A stretch of 64,000 nt of DNA from Microthyrium microscopicum (lineage: Eukaryota): the NCBI GenBank assembly GCA_010405405.1, contig MU004241.1, positions 62,001 to 126,000 on the forward strand, given 5' to 3'. This document shows, piece by piece, positions 1 through 12,196 of the stretch. The notes beneath the pieces are model-generated. The model did no database searches, was not told the origin of the DNA, and saw nothing but the letters and a program-made list of their open reading frames with translations. The translations under genes and the position numbers were made by a program. Each line of letters begins with the position of its first letter. The stretch's first letter is position 1.

Positions 1-544
1 CAACAGCCAAAATAGCACCATCAATGACACACCACTATATGAATACGATATAATGTACAACATGACCATTATTGAAGGTACCTGGTGGTTTCGCTGGATT
101 CTGTCAACCGAGAATTGTTCAATGTTTCTAGCGAATGGTTCCCAGCTTCCCAACCATGACCTTTGGAATACGTTGATCTTCACCACGAAGAACGGTGCAA
201 AACAGCCTGACTTGGTAGATACCACAGCCGGCAACGACATTTGCGCGAGTGCCGAGAGTTTTACCTTCAATGTGACCGGTTTGTCGCACGAAGGCAACGG
301 TAGTGCTACGTGTGCTGTTCTAGCTTCTTCGGCTGCTTCACCTGCTCCCAACCCATGCGCTGCCCAAATGAACTCGGCGTACGCTTCCAGTGTTTCTGCG
401 GCAATTACGCGGGATGCTTGTGGACTACCAACTCCGATAGTGAGCTGTCCTCCTGCCAAAAATGAAGGGATGAAGACAATGCTATTCGGGGGCGCTGTGT
501 GGATTACGGGAGCGCTAGCTTGGTTGATGCATGGTACTTTATAG
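1..544 (+). CDS. 3' part of a fungal secreted, probably GPI-anchored Cys-containing protein (resembles DUF7136-type proteins); 5' end lies outside the window
   Basis: ORF 53..544 with FTTKNGAKQPDL, spaced Cys (C..FTFNVT..CAVL..PNPC..C..VSCP) and a hydrophobic C-terminal tail. Confidence 0.6.
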   Translation, partial: NSQNSTINDTPLYEYDIMYNMTIIEGTWWFRWILSTENCSMFLANGSQLPNHDLWNTLIFTTKNGAKQPDLVDTTAGNDICASAESFTFNVTGLSHEGNGSATCAVLASSAASPAPNPCAAQMNSAYASSVSAAITRDACGLPTPIVSCPPAKNEGMKTMLFGGAVWITGALAWLMHGTL

Positions 545-887
545 ACAGTAATGTAACACTGAAATTACTTGTCCAACAGCTCAGCTTTATCATTTCCAGA
601 AGGCAGTCATTGCCTGTGATTGATCCGAACAGTAAGCTTGAGACGTCGAAAAGAAAGGGGTAAAGTGTAAGGCCAGTCCAATTTTTGCCAGAAAATGGCA
701 TGATTGATCACACTTGATAGCATGCCTGCCAACTAGTTTCGCAATATGTCCCAGCTCCAGATATGATTTCCAAGCCACTATATTTTTGGTCTTCAACGCA
801 CAAAGTAGTCAAATAGTCTACAAGCAAGTGCTGTCTAGGGGTATCTTGAACGCCGAAAGTGCTCATGAAATTGCAACAAAATGCTCC

Positions 888-2501
888 TCACCTCTTCCCC
901 TTCTTCTTTGTTTTCGTTTTCCCAACAGGCGCTGCATGCCCAAGCTCATCGAGGTGGCTGAAGAGTTGTGTTCTAGAAGGAAAGCCTGCACTGCATTTTG
1001 CGCATACAAAAGGCATGTCTATTCCAGTACCTGACCCTGATGCCGCGCCTGTGTCTTTAGCAGCTGCTCGTTTTGCGCGCTTCTGGGCGGCTTTACCGAG
1101 CTTTGGGGCAGATGATGATGCTTCAGCAGGCGTGTCGAGAGTGGAAGGGGAATTGAATGTCGATTCGACTTTTGATCGTGGAGCATATTCATCGTTGGAA
1201 GTCTCCTCGTCCTCATCGACTTGTGTTGTCCCATCGCTGTGGTTTTTTTCACCTTCCCGGTCCTCGTCCTTTTCGTCCTCTTCGGAATCACTGATACTGT
1301 TATCTTCCATGTCGAGCTTTTGCATGTTTTCCGCCACGTCTTCTTCATGTTCATCTTCGATATTATCGTTTAAAGGATCATCATCAGTATCTTTTTCCAT
1401 GGCAGTCGCCTTGCCTGTTTCCGTGTCTTGTAAATCAAGTAAATCGTTTTCCTTTTCCATGCGTCTCTTTAGGGAAGACAACGCTTTCTGATGCTTTTTG
1501 CTTTTTTCATGGGCTTCCCACTGCTTTTCACTCTTGAACGTCTTGTTGCAAGCCACACACTCAAAATGTTCTACTTCGTCCTCTTCCTCTTCGCTTTCTT
1601 CTAGTTCATCTGCCTCCTTGGCTTTCGCCCAGTCCGGAATTGCGTCGCCCATCTCCTCGAGCTTTTTGGCTCGTTCTCGTCTGGACTTGGCTGCCTGAGC
1701 CTGTGCGGCTTCTCTCAATGCTTTTTGACGTTCCGCGTCCGTTTGAAAGTTGGGTTTATATCGAGGATCTCGTTTTCTCACGAATGCAACCAAGGTACGA
1801 ACAGCATCATTGAATTCTCTTATTGCGTCTTCCCGGGCTTTCGCATTCTCCTTCTCCATAGCTCGGCGGACGCGACGGTCAGGTGCCTCAGTAAGATTCC
1901 AGCGATCAACCCAGAAGTACGTTTTGGTGGTGGCAAAGCTATTCCAATGAGCATAGAAATCTTTAACCACACCATCGTAGGCATCCTGCTTATCGCCAAA
2001 AGACGGGTAATCATGTTCCGGTAGCCCCTCCATGCGAGCCGCTTTCGATTCCTCAGACGCCAGGGTATCAAAAAATCCCTTCAAGTCGGAAAAGAATTTG
2101 TCAGGCACATTGTCATAGTCGACGCGTTTAAGCGCAAAACTACCCACAAATCTGGAGATATCGTCACTAGTAGTGATCTTGATACCATATTCAAAATCTC
2201 CAGTACCGTCCTCACCACCCTCGAATCCGCGTAATATGGCACCTTCGTGGGAATCATACCAGGATCGTTCTTGTGGATCAGAGAGAACTTCATAGGCGGC
2301 TTGAATATCAGAAAATAATTTGGTGGCTTCGTCTTCGCGGCCATAGTTTCGGTCTGGATGAAGTTCGAGGGCTTTGCGACGATAGGCCTTTTTTATCTCA
2401 TCTTCGGTTGCTTCGCGGTCAATGCCGAGAAGGACGTAGTAACTTGTTTTGATTTCAGGGGCATCACCTCCTGGTCCTGATGAAGATTGGCCCGCGCCCA
2501 T
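888..2501 (-). CDS. JJJ1: DnaJ co-chaperone with C2H2 zinc fingers (JJJ1/DNAJC21-like)
   Basis: J-domain with HPD (LELHPDRN), RRVRRAMEKEN motif, zinc fingers CVACNKTF..HEKSKKH and CAKC..H..H; intronless, 537 aa. Confidence 0.9.
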   Translation of the reverse strand: MGAGQSSSGPGGDAPEIKTSYYVLLGIDREATEDEIKKAYRRKALELHPDRNYGREDEATKLFSDIQAAYEVLSDPQERSWYDSHEGAILRGFEGGEDGTGDFEYGIKITTSDDISRFVGSFALKRVDYDNVPDKFFSDLKGFFDTLASEESKAARMEGLPEHDYPSFGDKQDAYDGVVKDFYAHWNSFATTKTYFWVDRWNLTEAPDRRVRRAMEKENAKAREDAIREFNDAVRTLVAFVRKRDPRYKPNFQTDAERQKALREAAQAQAAKSRRERAKKLEEMGDAIPDWAKAKEADELEESEEEEDEVEHFECVACNKTFKSEKQWEAHEKSKKHQKALSSLKRRMEKENDLLDLQDTETGKATAMEKDTDDDPLNDNIEDEHEEDVAENMQKLDMEDNSISDSEEDEKDEDREGEKNHSDGTTQVDEDEETSNDEYAPRSKVESTFNSPSTLDTPAEASSSAPKLGKAAQKRAKRAAAKDTGAASGSGTGIDMPFVCAKCSAGFPSRTQLFSHLDELGHAAPVGKTKTKKKGKR

Positions 2502-2684
2502 GGCTATTTGAGGGGTAGATTAGAGGAAAGCACAAGGCTGAATTGATGGGAATTTCCCATGCGAATAGCTATATAGTCAGGGTCTATTTGTAGGGGTTGA
2601 AGGGACGGCTAAGGTAGGCGACAAGAGTCATCGACTGCGCCTTTTGATGGACGAAGTAGTGAAAATCGGAGTGAGGTTAAACCG

Positions 2685-2740
2685 AGATCTTGTTGCTGAT
2701 TAGATCCTGTTTTCGATTAGATCTCTTTCTTGATTAGATC
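2685..2740. repeat. Phased AGATC/GATTAGATC motif array with 17-bp period in a divergent promoter
   Basis: AGATC at 2685, 2702, 2719 and 2736; the last three are GATTAGATC. Confidence 0.6.
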
Positions 2741-3599
2741 AAGGAACCAGGTTGCTGGATCTGCAAGTTAACGGGACAGAAAGCACGCTAAAAACCAGCG
2801 GGGAAAGAGTAAAGACCCTGACACAGGCCGCGTTTCGATATGTAAAAGGGCACGTGTGCTGCTGCTTTGTGTTTTCTGGGGCTTGAAATTGTGTTATTGT
2901 TAAATAAATGAAAGCCAAGCAGTCTGAAAAGTGTACGCGAAATTGCCACACCACTCAATTTTCTCAAAAACATCGAGATGTTGGCCTTTGGCTGAGAGAT
3001 AGGACGTTGAATGTCTTGGAGTCTTGGTCAAACGACCCAAGCCCAAGGACGCTAATGTACCAGCTACGAGTTCAAGTGTGCCGCTGTTTTGTAGACTATG
3101 CCTTTTGTAGCCTGGAAGTTAATGACTAATCACTTTATTCTACGGAAAAGCGGGCACTACTCTCGATCTGGCCAATCAAAACTGGGAATTGATTAGCGGC
3201 AGGAGACTTGTAACGTTACAGCATGCACGTATCAGATTGTACCTACTGTAACTGTATGAACCCTTTCCTTACTTCTTTCCTAATTCTCTCCTCTCCTCCT
3301 TCCATTTTGATCTTGATGTCCCATTGCTCCTCCCCTCTAATCTTCAACCTACTCCTCTACTCCATAACAGCGACTCCTTTCTCATCACATTGCAATTCTT
3401 CTATTCGTCTTCTCTCGCATCGCTCTCTACTCTCTTATCTCGCCTTTCCTTCCTTTTCTTCCCGCCTTACCGACAAAGTCCATTGACCTACAACTCATGG
3501 CACACCTCTTGCCCCGTGCCATCTCGCATTGAGCGACCTCCGACTATCTTTCATCCTTTCTCCTTTACATATCCAGCATACTACTAAATACCCTTCATC

Positions 3600-6500
3600 A
3601 TGTTTCGCATGCGACGATATCGAGTTTTTGTCATATTAGCCGCCCTTTCTGTCTTTCTGCTCTATCGCTTTAGCCAACCTTCACAATGGGAATCCTCCTC
3701 ATCCGCTGCCATTAAAGATCGACTTGGATTAGGCCACCAGACTAAAGGTCCAGATCACACTACCACGGAAAAAGATACCTCAAGGCGTCCCTTGTCAAGA
3801 CCTCAAAACGAGACTCCCAATCAGCCAAAGATCCCTCACGAGGAACCTCCCAAAGTACAACCTCCCGCCGCCGAACATATACCCAAGCCAGTCCAGGAAG
3901 CGCCGAAACCAAAGTCTGGCGACGGCAAGCCTGCATCTGGACAAGATCCCGCGGAACGAAATAAAGCAAATTCCAAGGCCGAATCGCCCCCTTCACCGAG
4001 CAAAACTGAGAACGGGCAAACTGGGAGCCTTTCCGAGCCCGCGAATAATGAGCACGGGGAGATAGTACTTGCCGAGGGTGGAGAAGGTCGTCTTCCAATC
4101 GATCATTTACCAACTAACGGCCCCAAGGAACGATGGACCAAAAGGCCAGAACACTATCCCGTACCTACTGAATCCATCATACCTCTTCCAACCGGAAAAG
4201 GCAAAACAATTCCCAAAATACAGCACACTTTTAAGAAAGAGACCTCTGAAGCAAAGTCAGAGCGACAGCAACAGTTGGCTACCATCAAAGAAGCATTCTT
4301 ACACGCCTGGAATGGCTACAAAACAAAAGCATGGGGGAGGGACGAGTTGAAACCTGTAACTGGAAGTGCTCGTAATACGTTCAATGGCTGGAGTGCCACG
4401 CTTGTCGACGCTATGGATACCATGTGGATCATGGGATTGACCAAAGAATTTGAAGAGAGTGTCGAGTTTGTGAAGAACATTGATTTTTATGCCTCCACGC
4501 GGAGTGAAATCCCCATTTTTGAAACTACCATCCGTTATCTGGGTGGATTGCTTGGAGCTTATGATGTCAGCGATGGGAAATATCCTGTTCTTCTTGATCG
4601 CGCTAGAGATTTGGGAGATTTTATCATGGCTGCATTCGACACCCCAAATCGCATGCCATTAACATATTATCCTTGGAAAGAAGCTTTCGCGTCTCAACCT
4701 CACCGAGCATCCAGAGCTGTCCTTGCCGAAATTGGTTCCCTGCAGATGGAATTCACTAGGCTGGCGCAATTGACTGGCAACAGCTCTTACTACGATGCAA
4801 TCACACGCGTCGTGGATGCTATGGAAGTCTTTCAATCAAATACCTCCATGCCTGGGATTTGGCCTGCAGATATCGACACAAGTGGCTGCGCAAAATCTAA
4901 CAATATTTATCCGGCTCCCATGCGAAATGCTGCCGACACCTTTATCATCCCTCACACTGGACCTATCGATGATGACGAGATTCCACTTGCCCAACCAGTC
5001 GCAGTACCAGTGACTTTAGAAAACCCCAAAGGAGGCAATGGAGATGATAAACTCATCATCAAAGCATCCAAAGACGCGCTGAAGCCTCCAGGGGGAGGAA
5101 CTGTTCACTATGACTCCTTTGCGCCTTACAAGAGAGATATTGTCAAACGCCAAAATTTGGATGCTCCACCAAATAGCATCCCTGACCCTTCATTACTTGT
5201 GACAGGAAATCGAATGCCAGATCCAGTCTCCACACCGATTCGCAACACCGAAGACAACGAGGAGCCATGTTTGAAATGGGGTCTGTCTATGCCACCAGGA
5301 CTTGAGAAGTATACTCTCGGTAGCACTGCAGATTCTGCATTCGAGTATCTTCCAAAGCAATATTTGCTCCTGGCAGGACAAGTCGAAAAGTATCGTGAAA
5401 TGTACGAGCGTGCAATGGACGTTGCTAATGACAAGCTCATTTTCCGCATAATGATCCCGGACGAGAAACGCGAATTACTCGTTGCTGGCGAGGCACATTA
5501 CACTTCCTACACTGGCGTCAAGGAAATGACTTTCAAACCCGATCAAACCCACCTAGTTTGTTTTGTTGGTGGTATGTTTGCCATGGGTGCGAAAATGTTC
5601 GATCGTCCCAATGACTTGGATATCGCTGCCAAACTCACTGATGCATGCGTCTGGTCATACGAATCGACTACCACTGGAATCATGCCGGAGACATTCGAGG
5701 TCGTTCGATGCGATAGTCGCAAAGAATGTAGTTGGAATGAAACCAAGTGGCATGAGGAGATAGATCCAATGGCCGAATCCCGTCTGGAGATGTACGAATC
5801 GCAAATGAAGAGCTACCGAGAGCAAATGGCCGAGTTCTCTATGACAGCTGTCGCAAAAGCGGCTGCCGCGACACCACAACCTGTGGATGCTGAGCCCGCT
5901 GTTCCACCAACAAACGCGCAAAACCGCGCTCAAAGCCAGACCACGCGATCGAGTCCTGCTCGAGCAGTAGTCACCGAAGCACAAGATAGTGCCAGAGAGC
6001 CTCCTAAGGGTTTCGATCGCATCCAAAAACAACCAGAACCTGTTCGCATCGAGCATACCAATAAGAAACGGCAAGACCTTGGCGACATAAATAACCTACA
6101 AGATACACCTTCTCCTACAATTGATGAAGAATCCACTTTCACTCCTCCTACTGTCGTAGAAGACGCACCACCTTCCATCTGGAGTCCTACTAAACCACAA
6201 TCTCGCGCTGAATATGTCAAAAGTCAAATCGATGAGTACAAGCTCAAACCCGGCATGCGCTCCATCCGTGACGCCCGCTATCTCCTCAGGTAAAGTCCCT
6301 CATCTATTTCCCAATTCCCCAATACTAAAGCATCACAGACCCGAAGCACTAGAATCCGTCTTCTACATGCACCGCATCTCAGGCTCCCCCTACTGGCGCA
6401 AAGCCGGCTGGAAGATGGTCTCCGCCATGCTAAAAACCACACGCACACAATACGGCCACTCGTCCATCCGCGATGTCTTTGCCTCCGCGCCGGCATTCGA

Positions 6501-6636
6501 AGACGAGATGGAGAGCTTTTGGCTGGCCGAGACGCTCAAGTATGCCTGGCTGCTGTTTGAAGATGAAAGCAAGTGGAGTTTGGATGAGTGGGTGTTGAAC
6601 ACGGAGGCGCATTTGTTCAAGCGGCCAAAAGCATAA
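3600..6636 (+). CDS. Class I alpha-1,2-mannosidase (GH47), type II membrane protein; intron 6290..6338
   Basis: N-terminal TM segment; HAWNGY, DELKP, FETTIRYLGGLL, AEIGSLQMEF, DSAFEYL, HLVCF; splicing restores YLLRPE; MESFWLAETLKY and NTEAH in the last exon. Confidence 0.92.
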
Positions 6637-7463
6637 GACTTGCAAAGTCTTGGCTGGCAAAGTGCATATGCATGATGATACCCATGGTTACTCGCTTATA
6701 CAATGGCGGGACCGTTTTGGCGTTTTGGACTTTTGGCGTTGAGATTGTGGTGCGTCACAACTTACCTATTTGGGCTGCTGTTTGGGTTTCTCATAGCGTA
6801 TAAATGTATTATTGTATTCCCTGTCCTATGATATACTTCTTTCCTGGAACTTCTGTTACCCTGCTGGCAATTTCTATATCTATGAACCGCTCTGTAGACA
6901 GTCAGCGGATTGCTAGGGAAAGGGGCTGCTCGCACGAGCGAACAATTCCCCCTGGAAGCCGCCGTTCCCAATTGAGTGTTCTATAACCTTGGACGTCGTC
7001 GAAACTGAACAATCTATAAGCCCGCTATAATATCTGCCTCTCGTTTCGGCTCATACTCTTGTCTAATCTCATCGCCTTTAGCAGACTAGCCTAAAGAGCC
7101 GATCATAATTTCCCAGAGCAGAACGGGCGCATATGGTACTTCCTTGAGTCTCGAGACTTTGCTTCTTGGAGAAGATTAGAAAAGGTGAAGAACTTGAACA
7201 GACGAGCCGATATCTTATGTTCTAGTAGTGAAGATGATTCAGATTCTTCTAGTAGTTCTTGGTATTGGGCGAACTATAGTTGAAATCAGAAGCACAGCAT
7301 GCGCACTACTTATATATATGCCTGGGTGGAAATTGAAGTGTGAAGCCATAACATGCCAGGTCATTGAAACCTACGCTAGTCATTGTTAGTCAACTCTCTA
7401 GAAATAATAGAAGACGTAATGACCCTAAGTAAGCGGGTCTGCCAAGGTGGAGTTCCTCGCACT

Positions 7464-8220
7464 CTATTCATCATCTTCCAGCTCGGGTGGGCGTTGCTGA
7501 AAATTAACATGCCACTCGTCATATCCCTTCATTCCCAATTCTTCGAGTTGGGCCAGAAGTAACTTCCAGGCTTTAGTAGGACCCCCATTCAACAGCTTGA
7601 ACCGCTCTTCCCGTTCTCCGTCTTTCCAGAAATTTGCAAATCGAACAATAGACACGTTTTCGTGCTTGTAAACCCCATCGGTGCAGAGTGCACGCTGCCC
7701 ATGCGTATCGGACAAATGGATGACGAACGGTCGAAACGCACGCATATCACTCAGACGTCGCAGTGTATCATCTGAGAGCGTCAATGGAAGGTACGCATCG
7801 AACAGACACGTCCATGGGGTAAATTTGCTGATAAAGCCATTTGAGAAGCCGCGGAATTGGGTAACTTTGATAGGCAAATTTTTTGCAGCTAACGATTGTA
7901 GAATGGCAAGGTGTTGAGGATACTTTGGCGAGGCTTTGTATTCCTCAAGATGCTTTGCGAAGGACCAGCCTGAAACGAATGTGTTTAAGCATATTATCCC
8001 AAACACGGTTGTTGCAAACTGGCTTACTAGTTACTACCCATAGCTGACGTGCTTCCCGAGGAATCGCCCATCCAACTTCGGGGGGGTACCACTCATCAAA
8101 GGAGTCAATGGCGTCAAGAAATGCGCCGAGTTTCTGTCCTTCCGGGCTGTCGAGATCCTGAAAATCCGACGTGTTCGTGTCCGGAAGCTCAACAACTAGC
8201 CATTCAGTCGGCCGGTCCAT
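7464..8220 (-). CDS. Hypothetical protein, possibly of the fungal dimeric alpha-beta barrel (ABM-like) type; intron 7970..8027
   Basis: ORFs 7945..8220 and 7464..8006 join in frame through a GTAAG..CAG intron (LWVVT-SWSFAKHLEEYKASPKY); the fold call is tentative. Confidence 0.6.
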
Positions 8221-8805
8221 GTTCTGGATTGGTGAACTTCGTTGCTTACTCTACTTTGGAAATGTAGTTGGGTTGTTGTTGGGTGGAGGAGTCAGAGACT
8301 GGAAGGTGAGGCAGCCTGCTGAATGCCCAGTTACCAGTAAACCTTTTCCAGCCAATCATTCTCATGTGGCAATGTTGGTTTAACCCGACTACATCTTACA
8401 TCAACATCTTTGCTGATAGCGCGCCACCATATAGTGCACTGAAAATCGGGCAGTCGTAATATCTTCTCGAGCATGTTATTGTCATCCACTAATTACCAAA
8501 TGACGAAGCGACAATTCCTAATAGCACAAGTCAATCTTTCTATTTCAAATGACAATCATGTACGTCTATGGTCAGGTACAACCACCAGATGGGCTCCCCT
8601 ACGGGTTACTCTACTTCATTCTCTATGGTACATATATTGATTAGCTACCACCGCCAATGCCTCGAAGGCCTTTTGCATCTTCTAAACGCTTTCTATGTAC
8701 AGTTTAATATGCAATACGACTATGACAGAAGTGTAAAATTGAGATGCGTTGAAGTAAGTTGCGATGCAGGCTGTTGTTATACTGGAAGAACACGATTTGG
8801 CTCCG

Positions 8806-10385
8806 CTATTGATCGCCGTCAGTCTCAGGTCCAGAATCCGCGACCGGCCCGGGCCTGACCTCCCCCTTTGACACACCCGCCGACCAGTCAATGTCGGAAG
8901 GGGCGTTGTTGGTATTGGCAGGAGCGGGCATCTTAATATTCTTCGTGAGCCAGTACGAGAGACTGAAGTACACGTAGGTGTCCGGATTTTTAGACGCAGC
9001 AGTCCTGCTAGCTGCTTTTTGGTCCTTGGTGAGCCCGAGAACCCCATCTGAATAAGCTGAATATTGTTAGCTGATTGTGCGTTAGTTCTCGTGTAGCATG
9101 ACTTACTTGCTGCGTCCGGTGTATCATCATTCCCTTTGAGAAGATGAATCATTTCGTGCATTAGGGTGATGGCCTTGATGGATCTTGATTCTAAAGCGGT
9201 CCCGTAGGTTGACGAGCGAGCATCGTTTTTCATGTCGTTGAGAGTGTTCCAATTGGCGCCATCGGAGCCGAAGACGCTGGGACAGAGAGTTATCGTGGCA
9301 GAGGCCATCCATTCGGTGGTAATGCCATATCTTCTTTTTTCTGGTACATCTGATGGACCTTCGGTGACATCGCCATTGCACCAGCTTCGTCCTCCACTGC
9401 CATTGTCCAGCGCACGTGCAGCTTTGGGCGTGCTCATATACAGTTTGAAGTCTGGGCTATAGTATGCGTACTTGTCCCCTAAGAGCGATGGGCGTAAGCG
9501 TATATACAATGATCTAACTCTGGGTGTAGGCTTACAGTTGTCAGGATCGGCATTCGCTGGCGTCTGAAATTCAGAGTACAGTTCGAAGTTGTCCGTTTGT
9601 TTTCCTTGAGCGTCTTTGATTGGAATATTCCGGACCGTGTAGGTAGACCCTGCAGCGGCTCCTGTATCTGTGTTCTTAACAGCAGGGAATCAGCAATTGC
9701 AACACTTTTCTAGGCTTCGATAAATTGCTTTTACCTGCTCCGGGTTGCCATCTTCATCATAAGCCGTCTCGGTCTCTATCAAGCACTGTTAGTGTTGTCG
9801 TGAACTTTTTTCGAATTCTTACCTTCAAGCCAAGAGCTATCACAGAATAGCCAAGGCTTAGTATTTTCCAATCTTTCAATTGCCGTGTACCCATTCTCCA
9901 GAAACAGCTTCAGATCGTTGAAGGTACCTATTAGACATTAGGATGAAATCTAGTAGGACAACAATTCACCAACCATGAATGGAGCCCAAACGAGACTTCT
10001 CCTGTCTGGTAGGGTTCTTGTTTTTCCCTAGCGGGTTTCCATCATTGTCGAATTCAAAATTATAGAAAGTGAACAGATTCGTGATGGCGTTTTTATTGTT
10101 TTGGATAGCAGCGCCAGTAGAAGGATCGGAGGCTTCTATACCGGCGTCGACAAGAGCTTGAATATCGGGCAGAAAGGCTGTAAGCTGGGTTTTATACTTA
10201 TCGCAGCCACCTAATGAATCGTAAGTACTTGGCGTTCATGTATGTGTAGATGACTTGTGCTGCTGACCTTTGCTATCTCCAGCCTTGAGAGTGAAGAGAT
10301 CGTCCAAGGACTTGATGCTCTGAGCACTCGCAGGAGAGAAAAGCAGAAGTGTCGAGAGAAGCACTGCAACTCGGGGCAGAGCCAT
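8806..10385 (-). CDS. Secreted zincin-like metalloprotease (M35/deuterolysin-like), multi-exon
   Basis: Signal peptide MALPRVAVLLSTLLLFSPASA from ATG 10385; intron 10211..10267 and further introns; ITLCP, TLMHEMIHL (HEXXH); last exon NPDTYVYF ending at TAG 8806-8808. Confidence 0.75.
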
Positions 10386-10586
10386 GAAGGACAGTAAGGA
10401 AAGCATTGTGACAAACAAGGAACGACAGTACTCTAAACTGAAAGAAAGAATCAGTATCTTGGATAGTTCTAGCCATTATGATACGCGCGGAGCTCCTATA
10501 TTTATAAAAACATTTTCAAAGATATGTTCAAATGCACGTTGCCGTCAGTAGTTACGACTTGAAGAAAATCACGCGTGGATAGCCAA

Positions 10587-10739
10587 GTCCAACAGAAGAC
10601 AATATCCAACTGAGGACGAGGTCCAACTGAACACAAAGTCCAACTGGAGACAAAGTCCAACTGGAGACAAAGTCCAACTGGAGACAAAGTCCAACTGGAG
10701 ACAAAGTCCAACTGGCGACAAAGTCCAGATGAAGGCGAA
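10587..10739. repeat. 17-bp minisatellite, consensus GTCCAACTGGAGACAAA, about 9 copies
   Basis: Four perfect copies at 10638-10705, flanked by degenerate copies starting 10587, 10604, 10621, 10706 and 10723. Confidence 0.95.
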
Positions 10740-12196
10740 GTCTAACAGTTCCAACATCCAACTGCATGGCGGGCAATTTTGCACGTCGTTTTCAATTTTG
10801 GATTCCAACTTTCGCCATGAGGCACCTCGCTGTTGGACATCATGATTCTAATATCCCGGTCCGAGAGAGCGGCACAGCGGCGCGTAAATAAGAGCGCCCT
10901 ACGGCGCAGTAGTGTTGAGAAGCGCAGCAAAACAGAAGGAACGAGCTTGATGCACTGTGTTCAATGCTCTAGAGTAAATATTCGCCGTTGTCGCCAGTGA
11001 ATCTGCCTTGTTGATCATCCGTATTGGGCCTTCCATTCACAATGTTAGCGGTTGAAAAGTCTGAGAACACAACAACCTCGCGCACTTCACTGAACTAAGG
11101 TAAACGCCGCGAGAGCCTTTAGCGTACTAAACCCTGAGCACAACGGCCCATGCTTTTTATCCCTGCCCACGCGGTTGGTTCCCAAAATAGGTATTCTCTC
11201 TGCCAAGCTAGATCATCTTGCGGTTATCGGAAAGATTGTGTGGCGATGTAAATTGTGGTTGGTGCACAGCCGCGCACCCCTGAATGATACGCGCGCGCCT
11301 AGAAGACAAGAACCAACGTCGCATCCATCAAGTTGTCTTCTTTACACGTTTCCCTACCTTCTGCAGGCCAGATGCAGGAACTGTGCCTTCGAAGCATTAA
11401 GCAGACCCAGGCTGCGCAATAACTAAGAACCTTGATGTGTAGCTTGGTCTCGAAATGCTTTTCTCTTGGTAGTGCTGGTACTCTGAATTCAGATAGACAT
11501 GAGTCCAACCGCGATTCAAGTCCATTGAGTTGGTTCTGTTCTTTGATCATTGGTGCATGTGCATTCCGCAGGCAAAATGCAGTTGGTTCAAGTCAGTGGC
11601 CATGATCTGAGAATGGCTTCTCGCTCTCGGCATTGTACCTGCGAGTCAGTATAGATTCCAACAAATTTCAGTTGGTCTTAGAATCCTTCCAAGAATCAAC
11701 AATCTCGGGGGGCTCGCATGGCCTGTATGTTGGAGATCCAACAGCATCGATCTAAAATAAGCAAGTCAACCTGCAAAGTTGAACAACAGCCCAGCCAGTT
11801 CGCCTGAGGCCGTGCGAATCAGGACAATCCGCAGTTCTACGTGCATACTGTAGGATCATGTTGGATATCCAACACTGCTAGTATCTGATGAGAATGTTTA
11901 ACATGCAAAGGAGTAACAACAATCCAATTATGCGGTTGTCTTAGCGGCCGCTCATTGTTGGATGGGAAAGGCCTAACATCAGTCGCGGGAAAGCAATGTA
12001 CAACCAGACCAACGGATCTCAGCGCATGACTGAGTAGATGTCGAGTTAGATCACGAAAAGAAGCTTTCAAAGGCAATCGATAATCGTACTTATAGGCGTG
12101 GAAGTGCCTCATTCGGGATTGGCAGATCAGTCGTTCGTCTTCATTCATCAGTTTTATACAGTCTCTATAGGTCGCCAGCCACGTAGCTCCAAGACC

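Noticed and set aside
859..1491. Long antisense ORFs opposite JJJ1 (and similar ones opposite LAA1, CHM7 and the repeat gene)
   Set aside because: Shadow frames caused by codon bias and low complexity of the real genes
10587..10739. CRISPR-like array
   Set aside because: Units are contiguous with no unique spacers, there are no cas genes, and the context is eukaryotic; it is a minisatellite
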